Shown in pieces: positions 30,060 to 39,247 of a stretch of DNA of 64,000 nucleotides (within the stretch, counting starts at the first letter, position 1; each line of letters starts with the position of its first letter). The notes beneath the pieces are model-generated. The model did not search any database. It saw nothing but the letters and a program-made list of their open reading frames with translations, and was not told the DNA's origin. The DNA comes from a candidate division FCPU426 bacterium. GTDB taxonomy: Bacteria; Oederibacteriota; JAAXVQ01; JAUVAV01. The stretch lies in contig JBFLYH010000003.1 in the NCBI GenBank assembly GCA_040756875.1, forward strand, positions 192,001-256,000, given 5' to 3'. The translations under genes and the position numbers were made by a program.

Positions 30060-32147
30060 TTAGAACTCCAGGCTGAACCCGTAATCCACGCGAATGCCGT
30101 GGATGAGGGGAATTTCATTCAGCGTGCGGCGGGCGTATTCCGGAACCGTCATATTGTTGTTGGCCAGGTTCCGTGCCGCCAGGGTATGCCGGATATTGCC
30201 GTGCTGGTACGCCAGCGAAGCATCCACCGAGAAGTTCGCGGGAATCAGCGAGACCCGGCCGTGCATGTCACCGTAGTAATTGATCAGGGCCGAGAGCGTG
30301 AACGGCCCCAGGTTCTGGGTCGCTCCGCCCGAGGCGGTCCAATGCGGCACGTATTTGAAGTTCCAGGTATAGGAGTTGGTGGCTGACTCGTAGATGCGGT
30401 CGCCGTCGTCCCCGTCCACGTAATCGCCGGAGGCGAAGATCCGCGTCGTGGGCAGACGGTATTCCACCTCCAATTCCGCACCCTTGGCGATGATCCGGTC
30501 GCCGTTCTGGTATACGTTGACGTTGTTGTAGGTCACGCCGTCGTAGGTGGCGGAGCCCAGGGCCCGGCCGATGCTGTTCTCGTAAATGGCATAGTAGCCC
30601 AAGGCCTGCACGAAGAAACCGGCCACCTTGGTCAGGTAGGCGAGCTCGGCGGACGTGGCCAGTTCGGGTTTGAGTTCCGAGTTGCCGAAGACCGTGCGCT
30701 GCGGCAGGGTGACGAAGTTCAACTCGAACAGCGACGGCGCGCGGTAGGATTGGCCCACGATCAGCTTCACGCTGTTGGTCTCGTCAAGGGTGCAGACGAT
30801 GGTGCCGCGCGAGGAGACGTTGGTCCCAAACAATTCGTTCTGCGTGGCCCGGGTCCCCACCAGGACCTTGAGCGGCTGGTGGCTGTACCCCAGCTGGACG
30901 TACCCGGACCCTTCGGCCACCCGGCGGTCGCGCATGTTGTTTTCGGTGATGACCCGGTCTTCGTACACCAGGTAGTTGGTGAAAGCCGTGCTGTACCGCA
31001 GCTCATGGTCGGCACCGGCCTCGATGTTCCAGTCGTTCCAGAACGAATAGGAGGCGTTCAGCTGGTTCATCAGGCGCGAGCCCACGATGTCCGCGCGGGT
31101 ATTGTCGTCGAAACTGCGCGAATAATTCCGCCGCGACCAGTCGAACGTCAGGGAGTAATTCGCCTGCAACTGCTCCCATTTGTAATGGTAGGCATAATTG
31201 GCCAGGTGCAGTTCGATCTCGTGGTCGCGGTCAACGCCCGCCGAACGCTGCGGCGTGACGCCCAGGTACAGCTCGTGGTTGACCACGGAATTGATCAGCC
31301 AGGAATGGCCGCCGTACTGGCCGCTGAACGTGACGTTGGCCAGATCCAGGTATTCGTTGACCATCATGCGGTTGGTGGCGGCGGTGCCTTCGGCGTTGAA
31401 GATGTATTGCGGCCAGATTTCCTTCCGGCTGTTGGCCGACAGGCGGTACTGCAAATCCCCTTCGGACTGGCTGTAACTGGCGCCGGCCTGCTGGGAGCCC
31501 ATGGGTCCGCGAAAGCCTTCCGCGCCGCTTCCCAGGCCGCCGTGCGCAAACCCCTGGCTCTTGCCGGGCTTGGCTTTGCGCAGCACGATGTTGACCGCGC
31601 CGCTGTAGGCATTCGAGCCGTACAGCACCGAAGCCGGCCCTTTTAGGACTTCAATGCGCTCCACGTCGCTGATGTCCACGCGGTCGAGGTCGCCCTCGCC
31701 GGTCACCGCATGCCAGGCCGGCACGTTATTGATCATGACCAGCACCTTGTTGGCATAGTGATCCTGCAGCAGGCCGCGCGAAATCGGCAGGCGGTTCTTC
31801 AGGTAAGTCCGCCAGGCCATGAACCCGGCCACGGTTTCGACCGCCTGGCTGACCGTGGTGAAATTGAAGCGTTTGATCATGTCCCGGTCGATGACCGAGA
31901 CCGTCGAAACCGAGTTGAAAACGGTTTCCTCGGCCCAGGAGGACGCCACGGTCACGGGCGCGAATTCGTAGAAATACATGTCCTCGAGTTCCATTGATCC
32001 GGCGGTTGGCGCCGGTTCGGCTGCCGGAGCCGCAACCGCCGCCGGTTCGGCCACAGGCGCCGCTTCGGCGGCCTGGGACTCACGGGCACCCCAGCAGAAC
32101 AGCATTCCTGCGATCAACCCCATCACCCCTGCGTACCGCATTGGCAT
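30060..32147 (-). CDS. TonB-dependent receptor
   Basis: Plug VSVIDRDMI...DVERIEVLKGPASVLYGSNAYSGAVNIV; YRAPSLFEL, LKPE; C-terminal Phe. Confidence 0.92.
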   Translation of the reverse strand: MPMRYAGVMGLIAGMLFCWGARESQAAEAAPVAEPAAVAAPAAEPAPTAGSMELEDMYFYEFAPVTVASSWAEETVFNSVSTVSVIDRDMIKRFNFTTVSQAVETVAGFMAWRTYLKNRLPISRGLLQDHYANKVLVMINNVPAWHAVTGEGDLDRVDISDVERIEVLKGPASVLYGSNAYSGAVNIVLRKAKPGKSQGFAHGGLGSGAEGFRGPMGSQQAGASYSQSEGDLQYRLSANSRKEIWPQYIFNAEGTAATNRMMVNEYLDLANVTFSGQYGGHSWLINSVVNHELYLGVTPQRSAGVDRDHEIELHLANYAYHYKWEQLQANYSLTFDWSRRNYSRSFDDNTRADIVGSRLMNQLNASYSFWNDWNIEAGADHELRYSTAFTNYLVYEDRVITENNMRDRRVAEGSGYVQLGYSHQPLKVLVGTRATQNELFGTNVSSRGTIVCTLDETNSVKLIVGQSYRAPSLFELNFVTLPQRTVFGNSELKPELATSAELAYLTKVAGFFVQALGYYAIYENSIGRALGSATYDGVTYNNVNVYQNGDRIIAKGAELEVEYRLPTTRIFASGDYVDGDDGDRIYESATNSYTWNFKYVPHWTASGGATQNLGPFTLSALINYYGDMHGRVSLIPANFSVDASLAYQHGNIRHTLAARNLANNNMTVPEYARRTLNEIPLIHGIRVDYGFSLEF

Positions 32148-32375
32148 GTACGACCTCCCCCGGTATGATTTATCACTATTTTAGGCTAAGCCACAGGCCT
32201 TGTCCAGCCGCGATCTTGGAAACTGGGACGTTAAAAAGGAAGTTGTACTTTCATTCGGCTCGGTTACAATAATGGACCCAGGCAGCCTGCAGAATGCGGT
32301 CAGGAACCTGCCCACGCCGGGCGGCGCTTGATCCGCCTCCGGCTTGCCCACTCTGTTCCAGGGGAACGAAAACCC

Positions 32376-33302
32376 TTGAACCCGAACCAGCCTGTGCCCT
32401 TGAAGCCCCATGATTACACCAGCCTCGGTTACCTCGGGCTGGTGAGTCTGGCGCTGGTTTTTTTCGGCAGCCGCCTGCCTGACAGGAACTGGCTCCTGGC
32501 CGGATACCTGGGATACGCGGCGGTCATCCTGCTGCTGGTTTGGCTCGCGGCCCGCTTTCCCCGCAACCGCTGGGCAGCCTTCTTCCGCCTGGGATATCCC
32601 CTGCTGGCCATCTTGTTTCTCTACCGGGGCATCGAAGGCCATGTGCTGCTGTGGCACGGGCAATTCCTGGACGCCCAGGTGGCGGAATGGGAACGAAGCG
32701 TGCTGGGAGCGTATCCCAACTTGGCGCTCGAATCCCTGGTTTCGCGGCCGCTGACCGAAGTGCTGAAGTTTTCCTACTTCAGTTATTATTTTTACATCGC
32801 GCTTCCGCCTTTGCTGCTTTTTTTCCTTCACCGCGAAACCGAAATGGAAATTTTCATCTTTACCGCCAGCCTGACTTTTTACGTCTCCTTCGTGGGCTTT
32901 GTGCTGGTGCCCCTGGAGGGACCCCGGTATTATTTCGCCCAGCAGTTCCGCATTCCCCACCTGGAAGGATACTTCTTTTCCCCGCTGCAGGACTGGCTCA
33001 TGTCCAGGGCCGCGGCGCGCGGCGCCTGTTTCCCTTCCTCGCATCTGGCCGTGGCGTGGGTCTCGCTTTTCTTGGTGCGGCGGTTCTTCGGTTCCCGGCC
33101 TTTCTGGCTGATTCTGCCGCTCACCGTGGGCATGACTTTCGCCATCGTTTACAACCGTTATCACTATGCTGTTGACGCCGTGGCCGGCCTGTTCGTGGGC
33201 TGGGCGTGCTGGCACCTCAGCCGCTGGCTCCTGGACCGGCTGGCCAAACGCGCGCCGCAAAACCGCAGTTTGCGGGCCAATCCCGCGGGGCAAATGCCAT
33301 GA
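32376..33302 (+). CDS. PAP2-superfamily membrane enzyme (Aur1/Ipt1-like)
   Basis: P.EGPRY, CFPSSHLAV, RYHYAVDAVAG; start uncertain. Confidence 0.85.
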   Translation: MNPNQPVPLKPHDYTSLGYLGLVSLALVFFGSRLPDRNWLLAGYLGYAAVILLLVWLAARFPRNRWAAFFRLGYPLLAILFLYRGIEGHVLLWHGQFLDAQVAEWERSVLGAYPNLALESLVSRPLTEVLKFSYFSYYFYIALPPLLLFFLHRETEMEIFIFTASLTFYVSFVGFVLVPLEGPRYYFAQQFRIPHLEGYFFSPLQDWLMSRAAARGACFPSSHLAVAWVSLFLVRRFFGSRPFWLILPLTVGMTFAIVYNRYHYAVDAVAGLFVGWACWHLSRWLLDRLAKRAPQNRSLRANPAGQMP

Positions 33303-33688
33303 ACCTGGTTCGCTGGGTTTATCTGCTGGCAGGCTGGATATGTTTGCTGCTGGGATTCATCGGCATCTGGGTGCCGCTGCTCCCCACCACGCCGTTCGTG
33401 CTCCTGGCCGCGTTTTGCTTTTCCCGCGGCTCGGTGCGGCTCCATCGCTGGCTGCGGGAGACCAGGCTCTTTGGCCCCGTGATCCGCGACTGGGAAGCCT
33501 GCCGCGGCATCCGCACTTCGGCCAAAATCAAGGCCACAATCATGATCGTCGCCGTGTTTACGGTCACCTTGTTGGTCACGGCCATTCCTTTGCCGGCCAA
33601 GGGCTTGCTCGTGTTGCTGGCGGTTTCCTTGCTCGCTTATTTGTGGACCCGGCCGGTCCCGGCCGTCCATCTCGGCTCCCCGGAGTAA
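33299..33688 (+). CDS. YbaN/DUF454 membrane protein
   Basis: LGFIGIWVPLLPTTPFVLLAAFCFSRGS.RLHRWL. Confidence 0.9.
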   Translation: MNLVRWVYLLAGWICLLLGFIGIWVPLLPTTPFVLLAAFCFSRGSVRLHRWLRETRLFGPVIRDWEACRGIRTSAKIKATIMIVAVFTVTLLVTAIPLPAKGLLVLLAVSLLAYLWTRPVPAVHLGSPE

Positions 33689-33784
33689 TCCTCCCGCTGC
33701 CGCTTAAAACTTGTACCCCACCTCAATCCCCGTTTGGCTCAAATTGACTACCAGCGTGTCCCGGCCAGGGAGGGTTTACCCTGG

Positions 33785-33806
33785 GTGGAGCGACGCTCCG
33801 CACTAC
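33785..33806 (-). repeat. Second GTAG-type REP-like hairpin
   Basis: Minus strand GTAGTGCGGAGCGTCGCTCCAC; single copy in this window. Confidence 0.4.
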
Positions 33807-33910
33807 AGTTCGGAGCTCCATTCCAAATGAGCTACCCCGCTGTAAACGGCGGAATTTTCGGCAAAGGGATAAGGGATCCCATGCCATCAGCTGTGGATTC
33901 GAGGCGAAAG

Positions 33911-33947
33911 AAAAAAGGGCTCATCACTGAAGCACAGAGCCCTTTTT
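33911..33947. terminator. Bidirectional intrinsic terminator
   Basis: AAAAAAGGGCTC...GAGCCCTTTTT between convergent genes. Confidence 0.75.
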
Positions 33948-33965
33948 CGCGAATGACTCTCGCTG

Positions 33966-34295
33966 TTATCGGGCAAACCGGCGTTGGTTGTGTTTCAGGC
34001 AATATATGTTTCGGCTGGCCTGATTTTGCTTATGGTGCAGCCGGGCCCGTTCGCGCGCCGTAAAGCGTCCGTCCGCCTTCATGCGGCGCTCGGTGTGTCG
34101 GATATGAATTTGCTGTCTTTCCAGCCGCCGGTATTCGCGGGGCGCAAGCTGGCCGCTTTGCCGGCCCTGCTCGATCCTGCGCTCCTGATTGCGCTGCCTG
34201 GCGTTGACGCCCGGATCCAGGGTCCCTGCCACGGCCAACCCTGCGATCATCAGTACTCCCCCTACCGCCATCCCTGCTGTCAGCAACCTTTTCAT
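33966..34295 (-). CDS. Small secreted helical Gln/Arg-rich protein
   Basis: AGGAGG RBS, signal peptide, VNARQRNQERRIEQG..SGQL..RE...ADGRFT.RER. Confidence 0.82.
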   Translation of the reverse strand: MKRLLTAGMAVGGVLMIAGLAVAGTLDPGVNARQRNQERRIEQGRQSGQLAPREYRRLERQQIHIRHTERRMKADGRFTARERARLHHKQNQASRNIYCLKHNQRRFAR

Positions 34296-34360
34296 GACTG
34301 CCTCCTTTAATGGTACGGACCTCCGGGTTCCGCTCTCGGCGCCGCTCTGGCGCCACTGTT

Positions 34361-34389
34361 TATAACCCCGCCGGCCGGAAAAGGTTGCA
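34361..34389 (-). promoter_or_regulatory. Candidate ECF-sigma promoter
   Basis: TGCAACC-N15-GGTTATA about 65 nt upstream of the ATG; AAC and GTT elements typical of ECF promoters. Confidence 0.4.
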
Positions 34390-34576
34390 GCGGTTTCCGG
34401 CCCGCTGGTCGGCCCTTTTCGTCCGCCTTCTTGGCGGGGGAAGAAACCCGGGGTCTTCGGCGCCGCAGTCTAAAAACCCATAAAAACGGTCAATTATTCA
34501 TCCATCCTGCCGATAACTTCAATATATGGAAATTTGTTTCTGCGATTTCCTATAAAGACGCGCTTGGGGCGGCATA

Positions 34577-37500
34577 GTGGAAAGCAAATTTTCCGCACTT
34601 AAATCCCGGGGCCTCTCCGTTGTGCTAGCCTGGTTGGCGGCAATATGCCTTTCGCCTCCTGTTCTGGCCGCTGATTTTTGGTACGACGACCTTACCGGAA
34701 CAGCCGGTGATCAGCCGGTCGCCTGGCAAGACGAAACCGACGATAGCGCGTTTAACGCTGACATTCAGTTTTCCTGCACTTCCTCCCTGGCAGCTGTCAC
34801 CCGTACCGCCGAAGACACTTGGGGCAAAGTATTTTCGCCGGTCATGGATTGCGACGTGGATGTGTATAATATGGTGGAAGTCCGCGTAACCGGCCTTTCC
34901 GCCTCAACTACATGGAAAATCGGCATTCAGGAAAACGGCGCAGCCAATTATTGGGATCTGAATTCGTCCAGCGCGGAAACCGGCACATTTGCGTTCGATT
35001 ATGCGGCAGTCACCGGCTGGACCGGAACCCGCAGCTTTTTCGTGCAACTGACCGTCGAAGGCGGCAGCGGAGCGTTTGTTGAGATCGATTTTGTCCGCGT
35101 TTGTGACGACGCGCTCACGCCAACCCCGACCGACACACCCACATGCACACCCACGCCGACTGACACCGACACGTTCACGCCCACTCCCACGGATACAGAC
35201 ACCTATACCACCACACCTACAGACACACCTACTTATACCGCCACGCCCACGGATACCGACACTTATACTGCAACTCCCACCGACACTCCGACTTATACTG
35301 CCACGCCCACGGACACACCCACTTATACCGCCACGCCCACGGATACCGACGCTTATACTGCAACTCCCACTGATACTGACACATTTACCGCCACACCCAC
35401 AGATACGCCGACCTTCACCGCCACACCGACTGACACACCCACATTTACTGCAACGCCCACGGATACCGACACTTATACTGCAACTCCCACCGACACTCCG
35501 ACTTATACTGCCACGCCCACGGATACCGACACTTATACTGCAACTCCCACTGATACTGACACATTTACCGCCACACCCACAGATACGCCGACCTTCACCG
35601 CCACGCCCACGGACACGCCTACTTATACCGCCACGCCCACGGACACCGACACTTATACCTCAACTCCGACTGACACTCCTACGTTCACTTCCACACCGAC
35701 TGACACGCCCACTTTCACTGTCACTCCCACGGACACTGACACTTATACTGCAACTCCCACTGATACTGACACATTTACCGCCACTCCCACAGATACGCCG
35801 ACCTTCACCGCCACGCCCACGGACACGCCCACTTATACCGCCACGCCCACGGATACCGACACTTATACTGCAACTCCCACCGACACTCCGACTTATACTG
35901 CCACGCCCACGGATACCGACACTTATACTGCAACTCCCACTGATACTGACACATTTACCGCCACTCCCACAGATACGCCGACCTTCACCGCCACGCCCAC
36001 GGACACGCCCACTTATACCGCCACGCCCACGGACACGCCCACTTATACCGCCACACCCACGGACACCGACACTTATACCTCAACTCCGACTGACACTCCT
36101 ACGTTCACTTCCACACCGACTGACACGCCCACTTTCACTGTCACTCCCACGGACACTGACACTTATACTGCAACTCCCACCGATACTGACACATTTACCG
36201 CCACGCCCACGGATACGCCGACTTTCACTGCCACACCCACGGATACGCCGACTTTCACTGTTACACCCACCGACACGCCTACTTATACCGCCACTCCTAC
36301 AGATACGCCGACCTTCACCGCCACACCGACTGACACCCCCACTTTCACTGCCACGCCCACGGATACGCCGACTTTCACTGTTACACCGACCGATACCCTG
36401 ACTTTCACCGCCACACCGACAGACACACCTACATTTACTGCCACACCAACTGACACCCCCACTTTCACTGCCACGCCCACGGACACCTACACGTTCACGC
36501 CTACTCCCACGAATACGGACACGTTTACTGCAACACCCACCGACACGCCTACTTATACCGCCACTCCTACAGATACGCCGACCTTCACTGCCACACCGAC
36601 TGACACACCCACATTTACTGCCACGCCCACGGATACGCCGACTTTCACTGTTACACCGACCGATACCCTGACTTTCACCGCCACACCGACAGACACACCT
36701 ACATTTACTGCCACACCAACTGACACCCCCACTTTCACTGCCACATCCACGGATACGCCCACTGATACTGCCACACCCACGGATACGCCTACGTTCACTT
36801 TCACGCCTACCGACTCGCCTACTTATACTGTCACACCGACTGATACGCCTACGGGTACGCCCACTTTCACTGCTACACGCACGGATACGCCCACTGATAC
36901 TGCCACACCCACGGATACACCGACATTCACGGTCACGCCCACGGATTCTCCGACGTTTACTGCCACTCCCACGGGCACTGACACTTTCACATCCACTCCT
37001 ACCGACACCCCGACTAACACCGCCACACCTACGGATACTTCCACTGATACTGCCACACCCACGGACACAGTCACCTACACCGCCACACCTACCGACACGC
37101 CTACATTTACTCCCACGCCTACCGACACCCCGACCGGCACTATAACCCCAACCGACACTCTAACCGCAACCTCAACTGACACCGCCACCATGACCCAAAC
37201 ACCGACTGAAACAGCCACGGCCACGGAAACGTCGGCAGTTACCGCCACGCCCACGGACACCTTGACCGCAACGGTTACCTTTACCAGCACTCCCACGTCC
37301 ACCGCCACCAGCACGGAAACCCCGACGTCCACTGACACTCCGACGGAAACGCAAACCTTCACTTTCACGCCGACTGAAACCGCCACCGGCACTTCAAGTC
37401 CGACCGTCACTCCAACCGACACTCCGGTCGATACGGCCACTGCGACCGAATCGCCGACTCCCACCGCCACATCCACGGAGACCTCCCTCGTCACCGCCAC

Positions 37501-38269
37501 GCCTACGGACACGGCCGTGGATACGCCGACTGAATCGGCAACGCCCACCGAGACAGCGACGCAGACTTACACGCCTACGGACACTCCGACGCCGACGGTC
37601 AGTGCGACCGATACTGTCACCTTGACGATCACCCCGACCAAAACCGCCTCTCCGACCCGGACTGATTCGGCCACCGTTACCTCCACGCCGACCGAGACCG
37701 CAACCCTCGCGGGCACGTCCACCCCATCCATGACGCCGAGCATTACGGCGACTGCCACGACTTCTCCGACCGCATCGCCGTCGTACACCGTCAGCCCGTC
37801 GCCGACCGATTCTCCCGCGGTCTCCGCCACGGTGACCTCCACCGTTTCACAGACCGGCACGATAACGCCGACGCCCACCATTTCGCCGGTGGTCAGCGCC
37901 ACAAACACTCCGGTCTATACCGCCACGCCGCCTTATACGCCCGCGTCAACCCCGGTCGTGTTGTCACGGCCCGTGCAATACAGCTACCTCAGCCGGAACA
38001 GCTTCAACCCCAAGTCAGCCGCGAACAATACGCTGGCCATCTCCTTTACAGTGCCCGTTGAAACCGACGTCGTCATCGAGGTCTTCTCCGTTTCCGGCCG
38101 CCGGATCAAGGCCTTCCATGTCCCCAGCGTACCGCCGCAACTGCTTCAGTCCGTGGTCTGGGACGGCAAAGCTCAGGATGGAATCGTCGTGGCCAGCGGC
38201 CTGTATATTATTTCAATCCGCGGCTCAGGCTACCACGAAACCAAAAAGGTGGTCGTACTCACATGGTGA
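34577..38269 (+). CDS. Large secreted Thr/Pro repeat protein with FlgD-Ig/T9SS-like C-terminal domain
   Basis: Signal peptide, ~150-aa beta-rich domain, ~940-aa TxTPTDTxT(Y/F) tract, CTD SRNSFNP...VFSVSGRRI...[14 protein letters not shown]...KKVVVL. Confidence 0.85.
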   Translation: MESKFSALKSRGLSVVLAWLAAICLSPPVLAADFWYDDLTGTAGDQPVAWQDETDDSAFNADIQFSCTSSLAAVTRTAEDTWGKVFSPVMDCDVDVYNMVEVRVTGLSASTTWKIGIQENGAANYWDLNSSSAETGTFAFDYAAVTGWTGTRSFFVQLTVEGGSGAFVEIDFVRVCDDALTPTPTDTPTCTPTPTDTDTFTPTPTDTDTYTTTPTDTPTYTATPTDTDTYTATPTDTPTYTATPTDTPTYTATPTDTDAYTATPTDTDTFTATPTDTPTFTATPTDTPTFTATPTDTDTYTATPTDTPTYTATPTDTDTYTATPTDTDTFTATPTDTPTFTATPTDTPTYTATPTDTDTYTSTPTDTPTFTSTPTDTPTFTVTPTDTDTYTATPTDTDTFTATPTDTPTFTATPTDTPTYTATPTDTDTYTATPTDTPTYTATPTDTDTYTATPTDTDTFTATPTDTPTFTATPTDTPTYTATPTDTPTYTATPTDTDTYTSTPTDTPTFTSTPTDTPTFTVTPTDTDTYTATPTDTDTFTATPTDTPTFTATPTDTPTFTVTPTDTPTYTATPTDTPTFTATPTDTPTFTATPTDTPTFTVTPTDTLTFTATPTDTPTFTATPTDTPTFTATPTDTYTFTPTPTNTDTFTATPTDTPTYTATPTDTPTFTATPTDTPTFTATPTDTPTFTVTPTDTLTFTATPTDTPTFTATPTDTPTFTATSTDTPTDTATPTDTPTFTFTPTDSPTYTVTPTDTPTGTPTFTATRTDTPTDTATPTDTPTFTVTPTDSPTFTATPTGTDTFTSTPTDTPTNTATPTDTSTDTATPTDTVTYTATPTDTPTFTPTPTDTPTGTITPTDTLTATSTDTATMTQTPTETATATETSAVTATPTDTLTATVTFTSTPTSTATSTETPTSTDTPTETQTFTFTPTETATGTSSPTVTPTDTPVDTATATESPTPTATSTETSLVTATPTDTAVDTPTESATPTETATQTYTPTDTPTPTVSATDTVTLTITPTKTASPTRTDSATVTSTPTETATLAGTSTPSMTPSITATATTSPTASPSYTVSPSPTDSPAVSATVTSTVSQTGTITPTPTISPVVSATNTPVYTATPPYTPASTPVVLSRPVQYSYLSRNSFNPKSAANNTLAISFTVPVETDVVIEVFSVSGRRIKAFHVPSVPPQLLQSVVWDGKAQDGIVVASGLYIISIRGSGYHETKKVVVLTW
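35117..37960 (+). repeat. 30-bp (10-codon) intragenic tandem repeat with higher-order duplications
   Basis: 35641-35760 equals 36061-36180; 35761-35820 equals 35941-36000; periodicity decays after ~36800. Confidence 0.92.
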
Positions 38270-39222
38270 GCTTTCAATGCAAGGATTGTTTGCGGTTACT
38301 GGTGATCGTTTGCCTGCTTTCGGCTTATCCGTGCACCAGCCGGGCTGGCGGCCAGGGGACCAGCAGCGCGGAATTCCTGCGCATCCCTTCCGGCGCCCGG
38401 CCGGCCGGCATGGGAGGAGCTTATACGGCCATTGCGGACGACGCGGGCGCAGTGGTATGGAATCCCGCCGGACTGGCTTTAATCCGGGGCGGCAACCTGA
38501 CGCTGATGCATTTGCAGTGGTTCGCTGACACCAATTACGAATCCGTCGCCTATGCTCAGAGCATTGCCGACGGTGAGGGGCTGGGGTTCAACGTGGCTTA
38601 TTTTTGGATCCCGGATTTCAACAGTACCCGCAATGAAAACGGCGTCCTGCTCGACTCCCAGCCAGGACGCATGCGGGATTTGGCGGCTGCCATGGGATAC
38701 GGAAAGAACCTCGGGTGGGTGTCCTTGCTGGGGGGGCAAACCCGCGTGGGCGGGACCGTCAAACTGATTTCGCGCACGTTGATGGAGGAAAGCCGGCAAA
38801 GTGTCCTGTTCGACGGCGGGGTGGCGGTCACTTCCGATGATCAGTTGACTGTTTCCCTGGTCATGCAGAACCTGGGCCTGGAACTGGGAGGCGAGGAGCC
38901 GCCTTTCACGCTCAAACTGGGCTGCGGTTATTCGCTGCCGTTCCAAACGGCCGCCTACCGCGTCCAACTGGCGTTGGATCTCGTTAAACCCGTGGATTTC
39001 AACAATCAGGTAGACCAGCGGCTGGAATACAACCTGGGGGTCGAATGCCGGTTGTTGTCCGCTTTGGCGGTCCGGTTGGGATTTCAGGGCGGCCAGGACC
39101 TGCCCGCAGCTACTGCCGGGCTGGGCGTGCGTTTGTCAGCCCTGGAATTGAATTACGCCTTTGCCGCCTATGATTTTCTGGGCTATGCCCACACTTTCTC
39201 GCTCTCCGTCGTTTTTCCGTAA
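38263..39222 (+). CDS. PorV/PorQ-family outer-membrane beta-barrel
   Basis: FLRIPSGARPAGMGGAYTAIADD...WNPAGL, MHLQWF, LNYAF..Y..LG.AHTFSL; overlaps the cargo stop. Confidence 0.87.
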   Translation: MVSFQCKDCLRLLVIVCLLSAYPCTSRAGGQGTSSAEFLRIPSGARPAGMGGAYTAIADDAGAVVWNPAGLALIRGGNLTLMHLQWFADTNYESVAYAQSIADGEGLGFNVAYFWIPDFNSTRNENGVLLDSQPGRMRDLAAAMGYGKNLGWVSLLGGQTRVGGTVKLISRTLMEESRQSVLFDGGVAVTSDDQLTVSLVMQNLGLELGGEEPPFTLKLGCGYSLPFQTAAYRVQLALDLVKPVDFNNQVDQRLEYNLGVECRLLSALAVRLGFQGGQDLPAATAGLGVRLSALELNYAFAAYDFLGYAHTFSLSVVFP

Positions 39223-39247
39223 ACTCCGAACCTGTCCCCCGACTCCG

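Noticed and set aside
32148-32375. Cobalamin or TPP riboswitch upstream of the TonB receptor
   Set aside because: No B12-box or TPP consensus is visible.
35117-37960. 30-bp periodic DNA as a CRISPR or non-coding array; ORF 35076-36401 and the Val-Ser-Val-Gly minus-strand ORFs
   Set aside because: The repeats are contiguous, in-frame and vary at synonymous sites; the other ORFs are alternative-frame shadows.
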